Shown here piece by piece: positions 41,546 through 64,000 of a stretch of DNA of 64,000 nucleotides (position 1 is its first letter; every line of letters begins with the position of its first letter). The position numbers and the translations under genes were made by a program. The DNA comes from Nitrospirales bacterium. Its GTDB lineage: Bacteria > Nitrospirota > Nitrospiria > Nitrospirales > UBA8639. Below the pieces are notes generated by a model that made no database searches, had not been told where the DNA came from, and was given only the letters and a program-made list of their open reading frames with translations. The stretch lies in assembly GCA_965203295.1 (NCBI GenBank), contig CBDBCZ010000014.1, positions 192,001 through 256,000 on the forward strand, in the 5' to 3' direction.

Positions 41546-43635
41546 TTTTACAAGACAATTGCAGAACTACTAAGAAGTACTCAATGTACTAGAGACTTGC
41601 TAGTTAATCGCTTTTCTGTCTAGGGTTTTTAGTCAACTGTAATATCTTCAGTACTATACATGTGAATTTTTGTCAGTTTAGTGTATGGTATAGATGTAGA
41701 GAAGAGAAAGATTATATTATATTACGTTTGTATACATGCACTATGCTCATGATTGGTAGTTTCATAACCTTTTTAGTAATCCCTTGTTACCTAGTCGAGA
41801 TCAATTATTTCACTTTCTCAGCATCCAGTTACCTAGCTATACCTGGAGAACATAACAATGTTCTGGTTACATTAATACATGTAGGTATGGTATTATGTCC
41901 CCAAAAATACAGCTTAGCATACATAGATATAATAGCGTTCCATATAACTATTGTGTAGTTCTTATATCGCACCGTGTATTTCTCGGTGCGATAATAACTG
42001 GGGAATGGTGCCTATACAACACCGTCATCGAGGCGGTGATCGCTCTACGGTATCTACGGTAAGCGATGCGATGATGAAAGTCGTGAACCGAAAGTCACGT
42101 GAGGAGGTGGGGCTAATAAACAAAACGTACTCTACAATTATGCTATGGTGTGGCTGCATGTTCAGTGCAGTTACTATAAAAGCAGACCGCTGTGATTCAA
42201 AGTCGAGGTTCTGGAATCGCTCTCGAGCTCTGTACTGACGGGCTCCAGAAACTGTAAGTACTAGATACATGTAGATCAGCATAGTTTAACGTCCGACTTA
42301 CTCTGGGTTATAACATGGATAATATACTATCCACGGTTCTATGTAGGCGTATTACATTTGGCTAGTATTGAATTCTGGGCCATCACCACCGACCAAAACC
42401 CCCAGCGCCACGGATAGAGAGAGGTGGGGCTGCTAGAATAGTAGTAAACAGCTCTAACGATCCGCGCACGCAGGGTATGGCTGGCTTGCCCAGTCCTTCC
42501 CACGCCAGCTGTTATCTCGCAGCCGTGGACTGGGGTTGGAAGGACTGAGAACGAGGTTATGCAGCCACTGAAGTCACCCTCCAGGCAGACAATCCTGCTT
42601 CTGTGCAGCGTAAATTAGTCCGCCAGGCTAGTTTCAGCATAGATAATATAGCCATACTATCTATCTAGCCATATTATCTATGGTTTCAGTTTCTGGAAGC
42701 CTTAAGATCTGACACTTGCCCAACAAAACCTGCCTCTCTGTGTACAGCACTTTTCAATAACCTTGCAACAGCAAACCAGAAACAATAAAACCACAGCTAG
42801 TGTAATTGGTTTGATTCAACAAGTGACCACCTCCTTCAGAAGAGGACTTCGAAGCCTAATTAATCACTCACCCACCATTAGTGCAGTGGGTTTTACTCTA
42901 ATGGCTTGCAAAGGTAGTGAAAACTGCTGTAGGTATGGCCTGTGAGACTAGCCTCACTTGGTGAAAAGCCAGAACACAATAATATAAACCAATCCCCAAC
43001 TTCTCTATAAAAAATTAAGTACATATTGATCTTGCTTACAAACAAACACTGAAGGTGTGTATGTGTACAGGGATAGTTCTGCCATATCCCCCCAGCTGAT
43101 ATACTGACTACGTCTGTTCTGCATTCTACAAATTTGTAAATTTGCATAGTTTAATTACTGCGCTGCACATTCATTTTGTGAACTCATAACGATTATTGTT
43201 TAGGGTTACGCTTAGGGTAAGAGCACTCATGTTGAGATTAGGGATAGGATTAGTGACGTCCAGCAACTTATAGGATGCAGAACACAATATAAATAGTACC
43301 AATTCACAGAATACCCCTAGCATAATACATTTACATGCTCACATGTATGCTCACATGTACATTACTTAAGCTCATGACTGTAAGCTGATGAACTTAGCCT
43401 CGTTCCCAAGCTCCACCCCCCAGCTCTCTTTGCACAGGAAAAATGCTGGAGAATGGAGATTGAGAATGAGCGGCTAAATGAACTCACAACCAAGCAAGTG
43501 CTGAGTTTGCAAAGTGAATCTATTTTCCAACCAGGGTGGTCTTTCAGTGTTATTACAATTCATAGTGACACTATTGCAATTCATAGTGGTGTTATTTACT
43601 ACATGTGCCACACTCATTTCCTTTTTCAGGAAAGT

Positions 43636-63654
<20,019 letters not shown>

Positions 63655-64000
63655 GTAAGCAGTTAGTTGCACATTTTATTTAATTTGCAAAATCTGCTGC
63701 ATTGGAGGCGTTCTAAGTTGCACAGATCATTTGCCTCCTTGTTCTTTGACCAAGTAAAGAGCATTGTATGATACATGTATATGTACAAGCAAGCCACTCA
63801 CTGAGTCCTGCCTTAAGTGGCAGGCCTCAGTGCACTCTATTTAGAAACTGGCTCACTTGAAAGCGCAACCATCATCTCGTACACCACTAAATTAACACTG
63901 CCTGCCATTGCTAGCATCATCATGTACCGTTTAGCTATTCACTGCCTGTCATCTCTGGAAAGAGCGTGTATCATCTCATACTTTACTTTCTGACAGTTCT

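Overview
Intron-rich animal genomic DNA, most likely a demosponge (inferred from gene families, short GT-AG introns and TE types). I assembled four protein-coding genes by hand from splice sites and reading-frame phase. (1) Minus strand, 7454-4998: a two-exon signal-peptide/multi-TM gene with an in-frame TAG that cuts off two of seven predicted TM helices. (2) Plus strand, 7624-10262, head-to-head with gene 1 and 169 bp away: a 9-exon single-TM ankyrin-repeat gene. (3) Plus strand, 11218-41545: a highly divergent IP3-receptor/ryanodine-receptor superfamily channel. It apparently lacks the IP3-binding residues, the suppressor-domain arm and the GGGVGD selectivity filter. (4) Plus strand, 43636 to beyond the window: a secreted beta-helix-like/Cys-rich/multi-TM protein gene. 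Non-coding DNA holds a decayed RTE/RTEX-like LINE with a target-site duplication (TSD) and several MITE families (TA, TTAA and 9-bp TSDs). It also holds tRNA-Thr-like repeats, microsatellites, and a 48-bp minisatellite that multiplies a real splice donor about 35 times. Comparisons within the window reveal recurrent 4-bp TA-duplicating insertions that look like DNA-transposon excision footprints. All gene models are manual and unverified by transcript data.
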